A DNA stretch of 64,000 nt from Eledone cirrhosa (Eukaryota), in the NCBI GenBank assembly GCA_964016885.1, contig OZ024740.1, positions 171,058,001 to 171,122,000 of the forward strand. The letters are read 5' to 3'. Of this stretch, positions 13,600-33,764 are shown piece by piece. Made by a program: the position numbers and the translations under genes. How positions within the stretch are numbered: position 1 is the stretch's first letter; the number at the start of each line of letters is the position of its first letter. The notes under the pieces are model-generated. The model was not told where the DNA came from and searched no databases. It was given only the letters and a program-made list of their open reading frames with translations.

Positions 13600-13770
13600 T
13601 TAGCAACAGAAGCAGAAATCACCCGATGAATAAGCAACTCCAGACCAACAGCGGTAAACTAGTAGGGGAGATGGAGCAATGAGTAACATTGTTAACTCCC
13701 ATGTAAACTCCCACAACCCAATGATGTAGCTACAACGAGGCGAGTAAAGGTCGTCTCTTAAAAAGCCTAG
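13600..13770. repeat. Dispersed repeat; inverted homolog at 37640-37790
   Basis: GCAACTCCAGACCAACAGCGGTAAACTA...GATGGAGCAATG...CACAACCCA..G..GTAGCTA..ACGAGGCGAG recurs in reverse complement. Confidence 0.7.
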
Positions 13771-14908
13771 TCTTCGCGAGTCTGAAAAAAAATACCAAAT
13801 TGATGACTGACCACCAAAAACACTGTATTGTGGCCGGAAATTGTAAAGAATGATAAAATAAAATTTTAATTCGTTTGCATAACAGAAAGAAAATAGTATG
13901 CTATATATTAGATCAATTAGCACACATTCTGAAAGAAATATTTAGCCCAATATTGACTTCTTACAAGATCAAACATTTTGGGAATGGGTATAGTACATTA
14001 AATAATCTCCACTATTTTGATGGTATGTTAATTGAAGTACATTAGAAGGATTAAAAAAAAGCAAAGTTGACTTCGATGGGATTCGAACTTAGACTGTAAA
14101 GTTTCTTAATTATATACCACGAGATATTTTGTCCAATGTTCTACGATTCTGCCATTTACAAAAACGCTAACCAATAGAAAGAAAACGATCTTTTTTTTTT
14201 TTTACTTTACATATGTGATCAATATTTATTTGGCACTGTTAACCACCATGGCCACCAATATCTGTAAAACATGGTGTTCTTATGCAACCATGTGTATGAA
14301 CGTATTTTCATTGCGTTTTCTAATAGCCAGTAGATTATTCAGCATATAACCAAGTAACTTGTTAAAAAAGCAACATTTCAAAACAACAAAAGCAATTTTT
14401 ACTTTTGCTTAGTAATTATTGATATATAAGAAAGAAAAAATTTGGGACTTACAAGCTTCAGTAAATTTTGAGACATAAGAGCAGATACTTAATCGATCAA
14501 GCAAGCAAACGGACGTGATATAAGCAGTTACACCTAATTTTTCGGTGGCTGGACATGTTGGATGGGGAAATAAATGGTAAGATTGCTTGTTGCAGAAGGT
14601 TTCCATTCTCATTGAACTGCTATTAGACATCACTGCGGGATGTTTCTCTCTTTTTTTTCTTTAGTGTTTCATTTAATACAACTTGTTGTTAATATTTACC
14701 CCCAGGTCTAACCTGACTACGCCATCTTTTTTTCTCCCAGTGTATCTATGTTTATATTACATGTTTTTCTTTCCTTTTTAAGACTATTTCTAGCATATCT
14801 AGCGATCACAGTGCGGCTTCCGAGAATGAGGTTATTTTTATAACTCATTCTATTTACATGTAATACAAACGTCTGTGACAGAAATTAATGGGGTTTATAG
14901 ATACCAAG

Positions 14909-15060
14909 AAGGCGGCGAACTGGCAGAGTCGTTAGAATGTCAGATAGAACGCTTTGTGATATTCCGGTTCTGTTTCAATCTTGCTAGGATCAACTTTACC
15001 TTTCATTCTTTCAAGGTCGATTAAAAGGTACCAGTCCAGTACTGGGGTCATTTAGTCTTC
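14909..15060 (+). mobile_element. SINE family A, degenerate copy
   Basis: GGCGGCGAACTGGCAGAGTCGTTAG head plus CTTTCATTCTTTCAAGGTCGAT...GTACCAG core. Other decayed copies near 13960-14155(-), 38675-38790(+), 39257-39438(-), 51628-51760(-). Confidence 0.7.
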
Positions 15061-16039
15061 CCTATCCCTTTTTATCACTCTCTTTCTCTCTTTTTATGGA
15101 AGAAATCGGCTGTGTTTCGATTTCGAGACCGGATAACCTCTGACAGATTTTAAATGCTCATAAAACACCGTATGTCACTACGGTATCCCGACAACACCAC
15201 TAAGTGCTACGGGTCCATATATACAAAAATACCAATACTGTTAGTACTTTCCCCCAGCAACTACAACTGAATAAGTAATAATTCTTTCTAATATTGGCAC
15301 AAGGCCAGAAAACTAGGAGAAGGTAACGTTGGTTGTATTGACCATAGTACTTAACTGGTACTTTACTTTGAATGCAGATCATAGAAAATCGTCAATAAAT
15401 AGCGTTTATGTTCTTGATTAAGAAGTTTCCTGATGAGCTGAGACTTCTCACAGTACTCAAAACTGGGATTATTCAACGAAACAACCAACAGTCGGGACAT
15501 CAGAGTAAATAGGTAATTTTTTCTTATCTCGTTTAGTTTTCCCAAATATAATTTTATTATGCTCTGACCAATAGATTTTTATTTACTCCTTCTTTGAGCA
15601 AAACTGGTATCGGTTGAACTCTCTTATATGTGCGAGTTTCATGGCTACTAGTCTAGTCATTAGCAGGTCCTTAATTTCAATCCGCAATAAAAAATATAAA
15701 CAAATTTCAAAACATTTAAAAAAATGTCTTTGCACACAAGATACTACCTCGTATGTGTTTTAAGTTCGTGTTCCATATTAATGGCATTTGACTGTAGATG
15801 TTTTTTTAGACATAACGATAAGGGGATCTTTCGACTGATAAACAACCATTTACCTGTGAAATATATATAAACAATATCTTGATTACTTTCTCTGGGCAAA
15901 GAGGAATATAATATGACATTTTTTTTTTTTTTTTATATATTGGTTTAAAGCAAGACCCATAAACTGTAGTTATACCTGGATCAATGTCTCCTAAATCATC
16001 TACATTCATATATGTAAGAAAATTGAATTAGATTTTACC

Positions 16040-22406
<6,367 letters not shown>

Positions 22407-22606
22407 NNNNNNNNNNNNNNNNNNNNNNNNNNNNNNNNNNNNNNNNNNNNNNNNNNNNNNNNNNNNNNNNNNNNNNNNNNNNNNNNNNNNNNNNNNNNNN
22501 NNNNNNNNNNNNNNNNNNNNNNNNNNNNNNNNNNNNNNNNNNNNNNNNNNNNNNNNNNNNNNNNNNNNNNNNNNNNNNNNNNNNNNNNNNNNNNNNNNNN
22601 NNNNNN
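22407..22606. other. Assembly gap (200 N)
   Basis: Run of N. Confidence 1.
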
Positions 22607-22719
22607 ATATATATATATATATATATATATAGTATGTATGAATTAATAAAAACAATGAATAAAAACAAAGAACAAGTTCCTTATATTAAAAATTCATCAT
22701 TTTACGATATATATATATG

Positions 22720-22831
<112 letters not shown>

Positions 22832-22924
22832 CATATATATATATATGTATATATATATATATGTATATATATATATACATACATATATATATATATGTAT
22901 ATATATATATATGTATATATATAT

Positions 22925-23017
<93 letters not shown>

Positions 23018-23034
23018 CATACATATATATATAT

Positions 23035-23080
<46 letters not shown>

Positions 23081-23154
23081 ATAATAATAAATTTGAAGAC
23101 TAAAATCCAATATATAAGAACCGTAGATATATATATATATATATAATATTAATA

Positions 23155-23250
23155 AATGGAAAATATCTTTATAAAACCATATTTATTTTATTATACATAT
23201 TTCAGAGAGTACCAGTACTTTCGTACGCTATCGTCAGATAAAATACACTA
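23155..23250 (-). mobile_element. Short repeat with degenerate hammerhead-like core; homolog at 47530-47625
   Basis: Both copies share AAATGGAAA.TAT.TTTATAAAACCATATTTATTT.ATTATACATATTTCA. Minus strand CTGACGA-TAGCGTAC-GAAAGTACT here and CTGATGA-AAGCGC in the other copy. Confidence 0.55.
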
Positions 23251-23324
23251 TCTGGTTTAAAGATAATGATATATCGACATATGAACTTAATGTTATTAGT
23301 TCAATGCAGAATATATATATATAT

Positions 23325-23366
<42 letters not shown>

Positions 23367-23418
23367 ACACTATACACACATATGCATACTTATATATATA
23401 TATATATATATATATATA

Positions 23419-23611
23419 GGAACCAGTAAGACCCCGACAGCTGAGCTCAAGCCGTTTCGACGGCTAATTCTGGAGTCCAGAATTAGCCGTCGAAACGGCT
23501 TGAGCTCAGCTGTCGGGGTCTTACTGGTTCCTATTACCCACTCTACTACCTCAAGTATTGAGTACTTTGGTGCGTTATGGTCCACCTGGTTCCTTACCAC
23601 TTTTCCTTCGT
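23419..23611 (+). mobile_element. Short non-autonomous element with perfect terminal palindrome, in (TA)n; copy 2
   Basis: GGAACCAGTAAGACCCCGACAGCTGAGCTCAAGCCGTTTCGACGGCTAATTCTGGA-G-TCCAGAATTAGCCG...TACTGGTTCC (23419-23531), then an ~80-bp unique tail. Confidence 0.8.
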
Positions 23612-24436
23612 TATATATATATATAACCCATCCTCGCCTCCCTACCATTCCGCTGACTGCTGCTATGCCCTTCCGACCACTGTCTCAGCACCCACTGACC
23701 ACAGCACTTCCACTGCTGACCACTTCCTGTTGCGCGCGCACCCCACATCTCTCCTCTTCCGACCACCGCTTCTTGGATTACCCACACGCGTTTTGACTTC
23801 CAACCAAAATCTCCATACATCCGTGTAACTTACCACTTTTCAACCATCCTCTAACACCATCACCTATATAACTCACCCACACACATATCCCAAAACAAAT
23901 TTTTTTATCCACACGCCATCCACACCCACAACACGCTTAAACCACACACACGTGCTTCCCACCACATATTTACACCCTCATCCCCCTGATTCCTCTCCCC
24001 CCACCCCCTATCCACACACGCACAGACCCTCCGACACACAAAAACACCCCCCACACACACCTTCCTGAACATGCAACCCCGTTCTTCCCCCAACCCTCAC
24101 TTTCACATACACACACACACACACACACGCACACCTAACCACACACACCACCTTCAGCCCTCCCCGCTCGGACACCCCGTCTCCCTCTCCCCACTCCACC
24201 CGCCTCCACCTCTACTCACCCCACACCCTTCCACCACCTGTTTACCCCCCTTTTAATTTCAGTTTATTTTGATCATGCCTTTATTTTTAAATGTTCTCAT
24301 TCCTTGTATTTTGATCATGCTTTATTTTTATTTATTATTTATTATAATTTTGTCTTTATTTGTTAATTTTTCATTCGCACCGTTTCCTTTCGCTATATGT
24401 CTCTCCACCACTCCCCTACACACCTTTTGAACTCTT

Positions 24437-24468
24437 ACCCGAAGAAGGGCTTATGCCCGAAACGTCGT
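24437..24468 (+). ncRNA. Minimal hammerhead motif, CCGAAGA core variant, in PLE pLTR-like segment
   Basis: AC-CCGAAGA-AGGGC-TTAT-GCCC-GAAACGTC-GT, followed by AATAAA near 24506 and a TA tract. Confidence 0.65.
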
Positions 24469-24961
24469 CCTCCACCTACCCCCCACTCTCCTGAGCGTGA
24501 AGCTAATAAACATTTGTCGTACTGCCTCTCTGTTCTGTCCCTGTTCAATTTTTTATTATATATATATATATAAATATATAACATTTCTCCACACACAGAC
24601 TATATCAATCATATAAAGAATTTGCCACCAGATCTACCAACCTAACACTCTTGTTTACCTACCTAAGTGCCTCTACCACACATATCTCTCTGCCACACTA
24701 TATAAACAAGACGCACATGCGTGCCACACATATAACATTTGCACTATATAACCGCTTATCTTCATGTTGTATTTTAACCTGTATTTTTGATTTTTGATTG
24801 TACCTCTTAATATAAATGTAATCTCGAAGTGTGTACTGCCACTCTAAATTCTGTAATGAATGTTGACCCACAATGTTTGAATATGTATCAATGTTTGAAT
24901 ATGTATCGGTATGTCTCTCGGCTGAAAAGGAGGTCATATAACTGTCCATGCATTAATAAAT

Positions 24962-25008
24962 TGCTCCGAAGAATCCAAACCTCGGTTTGGAGGAAACAGC
25001 TGTAAGCA
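24962..25008 (+). ncRNA. Hammerhead motif, CCGAAGA core variant
   Basis: TGCT-CCGAAGA-ATCCAAAC-CTCG-GTTTGGAG-GAAACAGCTGTA-AGCA: helix I TGCT/AGCA, 7-bp helix II, palindromic helix III, GUA site. Confidence 0.7.
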
Positions 25009-25389
25009 CAATAATGTTTTGAACAGTTCTTTGATTCTTATATTTCATATATTTCATATATAAATATATATATATATATGTCTATGCGCCTGTATATATG
25101 GGTGTATATATAAATTCATACATCCATATATACAGGCGCATAGACATACAAAATGCAACATATTTACGGTCTCCTGGTACCTCGCAACCCTATACTATGT
25201 TTTTAATTCGTGTTCACAGCACGATTTTATCTCTGCGACGTTTTTGAAAACACCCCCTCCTCCTTCTTTAGTATTTCTATGGCTTGTCGACAATATTTGC
25301 TGTTTATTTCTGCTCTAGTTATTTTTTCTTTACCTTTACAAACACACACACAAATACGCACCCAAACGCACACACATACACTCACACAG

Positions 25390-26130
<741 letters not shown>

Positions 26131-26167
26131 CAAATACGTAGAAACACACACAGACATATATATATAC

Positions 26168-26202
<35 letters not shown>

Positions 26203-26643
26203 TGAAGGAAAAACCAAAGCCAATGAAAAATCTTGCTTAAGATCCATTATTCGTATATTGATATATCTATATATTATAATCTGTCCATTCACTCAAGAAA
26301 TTAGCTATTAGTTGTTCATTCTTGTATTATCAATTTTTATAATATTTTAAAAGGCAATCTCAATTAAACGGCATATTACACACTGTCATTGCTTCTTTAA
26401 ATAACACAAGAATGAGTATAATTAATATCTGACTTCTTCAGTCAATGTTCAGATTATAATATATATATATAATATATATATAATATATAAATAAATAATT
26501 GAGGTTGAGCAAGGTTTTTCAAAATTTTTTTTCCTTAATATTTTTCTGCACATTTTTTGTAGAAACATGTGTTAGAAGAACAAAATATGTAATGTTTTTC
26601 TTTTATATTGGCTATTCGTGTGTTATTATTTATGTGCACACAA

Positions 26644-26832
26644 GGGCGGTGGATTGGCAGTATCGGTAGAGGGTCGGACGCCATGATTTGCAGCACAGTT
26701 ACGTCCCTTTACGATCTGAGTTCAAATCCCGCCGAGGTTGACTGTGCCTTTCATCCTTACGGGGTCGATAAAATAAAGTACCAGTAATGCACTGGGTAAT
26801 TGCTGGCCTTGTGCCTAAAGTAGAAACAATTA
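26644..26832 (+). mobile_element. SINE family A, full copy (tRNA-derived)
   Basis: A box TGGCAGTATCGG, B box GAGTTCAAATCC, core GCCTTTCATCCTTACGGGGTCGATAAAATAAAGTACCAG, tail GGCCTTGTGCCTAAAGTAGAAAC. Confidence 0.9.
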
Positions 26833-27097
26833 TTTATGTGCACTGTACCACCGCATTCACACGGTCGAATTTGTTTACTTGAAATTTGATTCCTGTCATG
26901 TGATGATTCGACTTATCTTGAACAATATCTTGAAACTTTATTGGCATAGCTCTTTTTTACCTAAACCTTGTGAAATACATACATACACTCACACTCACAC
27001 ACACACACACACAATCACACACACACACTCACACACACACACAAAAACACACACACACAAAAACACACACACACAAAAACACACACACACACACACA

Positions 27098-27147
<50 letters not shown>

Positions 27148-27789
27148 AATATACATATGTGTACGTAGATATCCGATTTTATAAGTACATTATTTGATTT
27201 CTCTTGAAAAGGTATCTTTTATATAAGGAATGGATTTGTTTTCCAGAATGTTTATAGTAGTGGCCCTGTGTCTAATGTACTGTGTTATAAATACACATTC
27301 AATATGAGTAGTATATTTCATAGTTCAATTATGCAAAAGTTACATAGATAATACATTTATTTTTTTTTTTAAATAAATTCTTAAAAGTTGTTTGAAACTT
27401 AGTAGAAACCTTGCTGTCAGGAAGTAAATTGACCTGCAGTAATATATGTAGCGATAAAGAAATGATTTTAAGAATTGCGACGAGTCCCCACCCCTCTTGT
27501 ATGATATTAGACGAGTACCCATAATAGCTGTAGGTATTCTAAAGATTATTATGACACCATGTCAAAATAACCAATAATTTTGGTTTTGCCAGTAAAGAAA
27601 TTTGTTGGAATTCCAACTATGGAACATGCAACATGAAATTAGCCGAAACAAAAACATGATGTTTGCTCATCTGTTTCTATTGTCCTTAGAGCATGCTTGT
27701 TGGTTGGTAGCAGATGACATTGTAAGTGTGAAATCTCCTTTCTTAGGGCATGTTTAATGAAAAAATCATCTGCAAGGATTTGCAACTGC

Positions 27790-28025
27790 TAGATAGCATC
27801 AGCAAGGGAAAGACCAAGGGAAATATTGTTTCCTTGGTCTGATTTGACGAGTTCCACCCCACTCGAAAAGCGAATGAGGTCTGGAATCTTGCTACCATTT
27901 ATACATAATTTATTATTTACAAAGCAATTTTTTTTTGTAAATGTAACTTTTAATAGAAATCCAATAAGTAAAAGAAAACGCGGCAAGTACCAATATATAG
28001 AAAAGCTGTCCAGATCAACAGTCAA
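27790..28025 (-). pseudogene. Possible highly decayed LINE RT fragment
   Basis: ...LCINGSKIPDLIRFSSGVELVKSDQGNNIS resembles the region before the QG motif. Weak. Confidence 0.3.
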
Positions 28026-28857
28026 TGTTAACTAAAAATAGGAGATGCATAGAGTCGGTGAAATAGAGGATGAAAGAGAAATGAAAAACAATGAATGAAA
28101 GACAGAAGAAGAAGCAGGAGAGCAGAAATAATATGGGCTAATAGTATGAGAGAAAGAGAGTGTCAGTATGAGGAGTTAAAATTAATAGATCCACAGCAGA
28201 TTCTGGATATAAATTGAAGTGCAAACATCAGAGTGGACATTGATACCTTTCATCCTCCCGAGGTTGATGAAATAAGTTCTAACCTTATACTGGTCGATAT
28301 AATCGATTGCTTACTCCCAAAAAAATGACTGGCTTTGTGACTATGTAATAAAAACAGTCTTAAATTAAAGAGAAATTGAAGTAAAGAAATGTTATTTTAA
28401 GTAAAAATACACTTGCAAGGAAAAACGTAAATAATTTGCCAATGACATTTTTTAGTGTTTGATTCGACCTAGAGAAGATACTTAAATACAAATAAAGCTC
28501 GAAAGAATAAGAGATAGAGTTGGAGATATAGAAAGCAAAAGAGAAATGGAAGACAAAGAATGAAAGGTGGAGAAGAGACAGATGAAAGAAAGTAAGAGAT
28601 GGTAAAGATATGAAAGAGAGGGAGAGAGAGAGAGAGAGAACGAGGACAGGCGAGAGAGACGGTGTGGTCGAGAGAGATTGAGAGTAAAAGGTAGAGAAGT
28701 AAAAATTCGATTCAGGAATGCGGTGGTAGCGGAGAAGCAGGTGATAGCTACTCTGAAAAAAAAAAGAAGTGGTGAAATGGACACACATAGACCACAATTT
28801 TTGTGAAGTATATAATAGATTGTGTGTTTTGCTTTTGTATGTGAGAGAAAGAGAGAG

Positions 28858-28900
<43 letters not shown>

Positions 28901-29169
28901 CATCATAGATAAAGTGGCATCTTAGATAAAGAAGTGATTGGTAGAGTGACTAACATAACTAGATTCTGATTACATGTGCGTATATGTGTGTATATGTGCG
29001 TGCGTGTGTGTATGTTTGTGTAATTGCGTGGGGGGGGGGCGTTGTGTAGGGGGTGTAAAGAGGAAACTGCTTTCCTTTCAGTTATGTATTAAAAACAAAA
29101 CTGTGTTCAAGTTTAATCTTAAATTGACAATCCAGTCTAAGTTTAACATAAATGTACACCATAACAGCA

Positions 29170-29890
29170 TCTATTTAAAACTGGCTGGGGAAAAAAAGGG
29201 AAAGTATTCTTAAACTAATCCCGAATGCTCATTAATTGGTGATCAAAGACAGTGATAATGACTCTTTTAAGGCCTCTAAAATTTATGGGTGGAAGAAAGG
29301 GAAAGCATTCTTACACCCCAAAACCTAGACTGAATACGGATCAATCAGAAATAGAAGGCAATGAGAGTGGTCCATTTTAGGCCCTCTAAAATTGCTCGGA
29401 ATAAGAAAAGGAAAGTACTTTGAAACCAAGCTCGAATGCTTATTAATCAGGGAACGAATGCAGTACCTTTGAAATTTTTTAGGGCATCTACAACTGGTTG
29501 GAGGATGAAAAGGAAAATTTCCTTAAACCGAAGACCTAGACTAAATGCTGATTAATGAAGGATAGAATGCAATACCAGAGACACATTTTAGGGCTTCCAT
29601 GAATGATTAGACGTTGAAAAGGTAAATATCATTTAAATCAAATATCTAGACCGAATGCTGATTAGCTAAAGGTAAAATATTGACCCTTTTTACAGCAGGA
29701 GGGCTCGTTAAAGGGAAGTTTTAAACTGAATGCTTGCAACAGAGATAGTGATTCTTATTTTTATGTAGTGGTAGGACATTGACCTTTTTAGAGACTCAAA
29801 AATCGGCGGGGCTGGGGTCGTTAAAGGGAAGTTATAAAATGAATGCTTGTAACAGAGATAATGATTCTTATATTTAGTGTAAGGTTTCAA
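29170..29890. repeat. Degenerate ~105-bp tandem repeat (about 5 units) plus two ~113-bp units
   Basis: Recurring AAAGGGAAAG.ATTCTTAAAC...GAATGCT.ATTAAT...TTTTAGG.C.CTAAAA. TCGTTAAAGGGAAGTT.TAAA.TGAATGCTTG.AACAGAGATA occurs twice. Confidence 0.7.
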
Positions 29891-30116
29891 TGTTCAGGAG
29901 AGCTAAGCCACACCTTCTTTGATGACACCGAGTAATGTTATTTTAACAGTTGTCATTATAGATATGATATTTTCGCACCAAATGTAATCATAGTATGGTT
30001 TGGAAACTATATTCAACCTCTGGTATCTTGCAATAGATATGATATTGTGATAGTACTTCTAATATTCCGGCATAAATATTCCACCATTTATGATTTATAA
30101 ATAAATAAATAAATAA

Positions 30117-30215
<99 letters not shown>

Positions 30216-31579
30216 CATACAAAAATATATATAAATATAGACGCATGCATACAATACCCCCCCCCACACACACACACAGACACACACACACATATATACA
30301 TACTTATATATATACCTATATATATATATGTATAGACGTACATATGTGTATGTGCGTATGTGTGTATGTGTGTATGTGTGTGTGTGTATGTGTGTGTGTA
30401 TGTGTGTGTGTATGTGTGTGTGATTTTTAGTCGATATTCTCTCACCAGATATGGCTGTGAATGTAGATATCTGGGAAATTTTTTTTTTTTCTTTGTAGTA
30501 GATTATATCATATATGAGCAGATAATGATTTTCTCCTATCCGATATTATTATAGATATAATTATAGATAATATTCTGTTTCCAGATGTTATCGTTTTTCG
30601 TGATATTGTCTCATGGAAGATTATTTAACTGTAGTATAAGAGAATGAGAGAAAGAATTTTTCTTTGTCTTCTTTCTAGGTTACTCTTTTTATATTTTATT
30701 GTTGCCGCAGACGAAATCGATAGCAGCCTTTGAAGGTATCGATTTGTTAGACAGGTAGAAGGTTCCTTATTGATTGCTACGATATGGCGAAATGGGATGT
30801 TACAATGTTCACTAAGGTCATTAGTGATGCGAATGAAGTGAATATTGCTATCTGCGGTCGGAGTAATCGAACCTGAGTCGATACCTCGGTCTGCCAGAAG
30901 CTTCACTTTTCTTTACAAAGCTCGTTGCGACCTTTCAAAATGATGGAGAGTCTAAGCGGTCACACACAAGTTCTGTAGAAATACCAGCAGACTCCTCCAA
31001 ATCACAGCCTGCTTAAAACAAAGAAGGAGATTTGGGGTTATAATATTAGATACTACTATTACTATTCGCAATCGAGTATAATTACATATTTACCATGCTT
31101 TCGTTAAGGGCTTTAGGTGCCCATGTAGACTCAAGCTGACCCTACTTCCTTTGATCTAGCAGAAATACAAGGAAAGATGGCTGCATAAGGACTAGGCTGC
31201 TATTTTCCTTATCGAACCCAAAATGATAAAAGACACATTGGACCTCAACTGGATTTCAATTCAGAATGCGAGGATCAGGAACACATATTGAGCGCTCTCA
31301 TGACAACTTAGTATTCGAAACACTATACATTTAAAACAAGGAAAAACAAGACAGAATTGTCAGGATTAAAACTTTTTGAGCGTAAGTCTGCTCGAATGGA
31401 TCTGACTTTGGGCTTAACAAAACTTTCTTTCATACACTCACTTAAAAGGCAATCACAGACGTGTAAGGCAATGATATAAGGAACGCATGCAAATACAAAA
31501 GTACACATACATGCTTACACCATACACACACGCATATACATATATATATGCATATGTATGTATCATGTACACAGATCAG

Positions 31580-31686
31580 TATTCTGATGATTTGGTCGGC
31601 TATCGACTGTAATTAAAATCGAGTGACGTAGCATCTTGCGAACAGCGATTTTTAGACACACCGAATTAATGAAACAATTGTTAATA
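31580..31686 (+). ncRNA. Type I hammerhead motif with ~80-nt expanded helix II
   Basis: TATT-CTGATGA-[80 nt]-GAAACAATTGTT-AATA: helix I TATT/AATA, palindromic helix III ACAATTGT, AATAAA just downstream. Confidence 0.6.
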
Positions 31687-31735
31687 ATTTGAATAAACTC
31701 TATTGTACAGCCGTCCACGTTATTCTTCACTCATT

Positions 31736-31788
<53 letters not shown>

Positions 31789-32061
31789 CCGTATTCACAG
31801 AATACACATGTGTATTTTTTCTCATTTTTTTCTCATTTTTCCGTTCTTTCCTCTTTTCACCCTTTATCTTTCTATTTTATCTTTTATTTATTTCTAATTC
31901 TATCTTCTGATGAAAGCCTAAAATACTTTTCCTGCTATTTCAAGTATTTAACTAATGCCGTTATTCCTGTTAACTTTTTACACACAAACACATAAACATA
32001 TACATATATACATACAATGCATACATACATACATCCATCCATCCATACATACATACATACA

Positions 32062-32505
32062 TGACAATAAACATATTAAAAGTTACAACAATGTTGAAGA
32101 CGTGCACATACATAATATGAAAGAGTACTGGTGGAATGACTTTACCTTCAGATTTACACCTGTGATTATTGGGGCACTGGGATATGTTAGTAACTTCCCC
32201 AATACTAATCTTGAGAAGCTGTGTTTCACAGAAACAGAAAGAATACGACTAGTTAGGAAATTACAACTACAATCCATTAATTGAACAGTAATAATATGTA
32301 AAATATTCCAAAAATTCTGCATGTAATAACTGCATGTACACATGTACAGATACAAAGCATATGCACATGCACACATATAACTCCAAACATCCACATCCAC
32401 ACATACAATACTGAAATTTAATTGAAAGAGTCTTGTATCTATGTTAGAAACCGACTCTCTCTCTCTATTGGTAGACGTTTATAAAATTATAAAACCAGAA
32501 CATAC
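32062..32505 (+). mobile_element. 3' remnant of R4/Dong-type sister family (internally deleted)
   Basis: NMKEYWWN|DFTFRFTPVIIGALGYVSN...KLQLQSING, with the same 3' UTR as 7999-8580. In a TACA tract. Confidence 0.85.
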
Positions 32506-32509
32506 ACAC

Positions 32510-32830
32510 ATGATGATGGCTACCCCCTCATTAACGAGTATGGCCATTGCACGATACAATATTATTAATAATTATCAATTAATGCTACCGTGCAATGTCT
32601 GTGCGTGAAGATCTTTTTTTAAGTAAGGAAAGAGTGTGTACTGAGCCAATCGCACTCTCTGAGCGACAGTAGCTATAACCCGAAAAGAAGAAAAGATCAA
32701 CATCATCTGTAACTACTGAGCCGCAGGTTTTATGTCGGAGTTATCCCAGTTTCCTGTATTGCCTTCTCCTAGAAGAATGCTCTGACAAAGTCTAGGGGTC
32801 CTTCACTTCCACTGGTTTAACCACGCGATT
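32510..32830 (-). mobile_element. RTE-type short retroposon remnant
   Basis: GGCTACCCCCTC...CGAGTATGGCCATTGCACGA 3' end (also at 56316-56353) and CCTTCTCCTAGAA...GACAAAG.CTAGGGGTC shared with the 56.6-58.0 kb copies. Confidence 0.6.
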
Positions 32831-32891
32831 GGGTATCCAGCCCGATTATTTCTATGTCCCCGCGCATATACATACACATGCATACATGTAT

Positions 32892-32942
<51 letters not shown>

Positions 32943-32961
32943 TACACATACATACATGTAT

Positions 32962-33006
<45 letters not shown>

Positions 33007-33011
<5 letters not shown>

Positions 33012-33764
33012 GGAATAGAATGAAACGAAATTTCATTTCTCACTCTTAGTACGGCACTTACTTAAATGTAAGTATGTATGTATGTATGTATGTATACGTA
33101 CATACATATATGTATACAGACGTACAGTAGTATGTATATATATACATACATGCACACATATATATGTACGTATGAGTTTACCGAACATTTATTATAATGC
33201 TCGGTTTGTTTGTTTGTAAACAAACAAACAGCCCGAATTACGCCGTACAGTGTTTAGGCAACCACGTCACCTTTTTGTTCAACACATATATGTATGTACG
33301 TATACATACATGCATACTTACATTTAAGTAAGTGCCGTACTAAGAGTGAGAAATGAAATTTCGTTTCATTCTATTCCATTTATCGTTTTCGGTGCGCCCC
33401 GACGACTGAACTCACTCGATATGCAAATTAGGCTGCTCAGCCGTTAATATGCATAAGGAAAGTATATACTTTCAGACGTTCAACCAGCTGGCAGGAAGGT
33501 ATACGATGCTGACGATAGCTAATAAGCTTGAAACTAGTACATCGTTCCTGTGTCAGTGTTGAACAAAAAGGTGACGTAGTTGCCTAAACACTGTACGGCG
33601 TAATTCTGGCTGTTTGTTTGTTTACAAACAAACAAACCGAGCATTATAATAAATGTTCGGTAAACCGATACGTGCATATATATATATGTGTGCATGTACG
33701 TATATATATACATACTACTGTACGTCTGTATACATATATGTATGTGCGTATACATACTTACATT

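Noticed and set aside
15780-16020. Possible PLE RT fragment (NVDDLGDI)
   Set aside because: Similarity is too weak to call by eye.
26644-26740. SINE heads as functional tRNA genes
   Set aside because: A/B boxes are present but there is no cloverleaf, and each continues into a shared SINE body.
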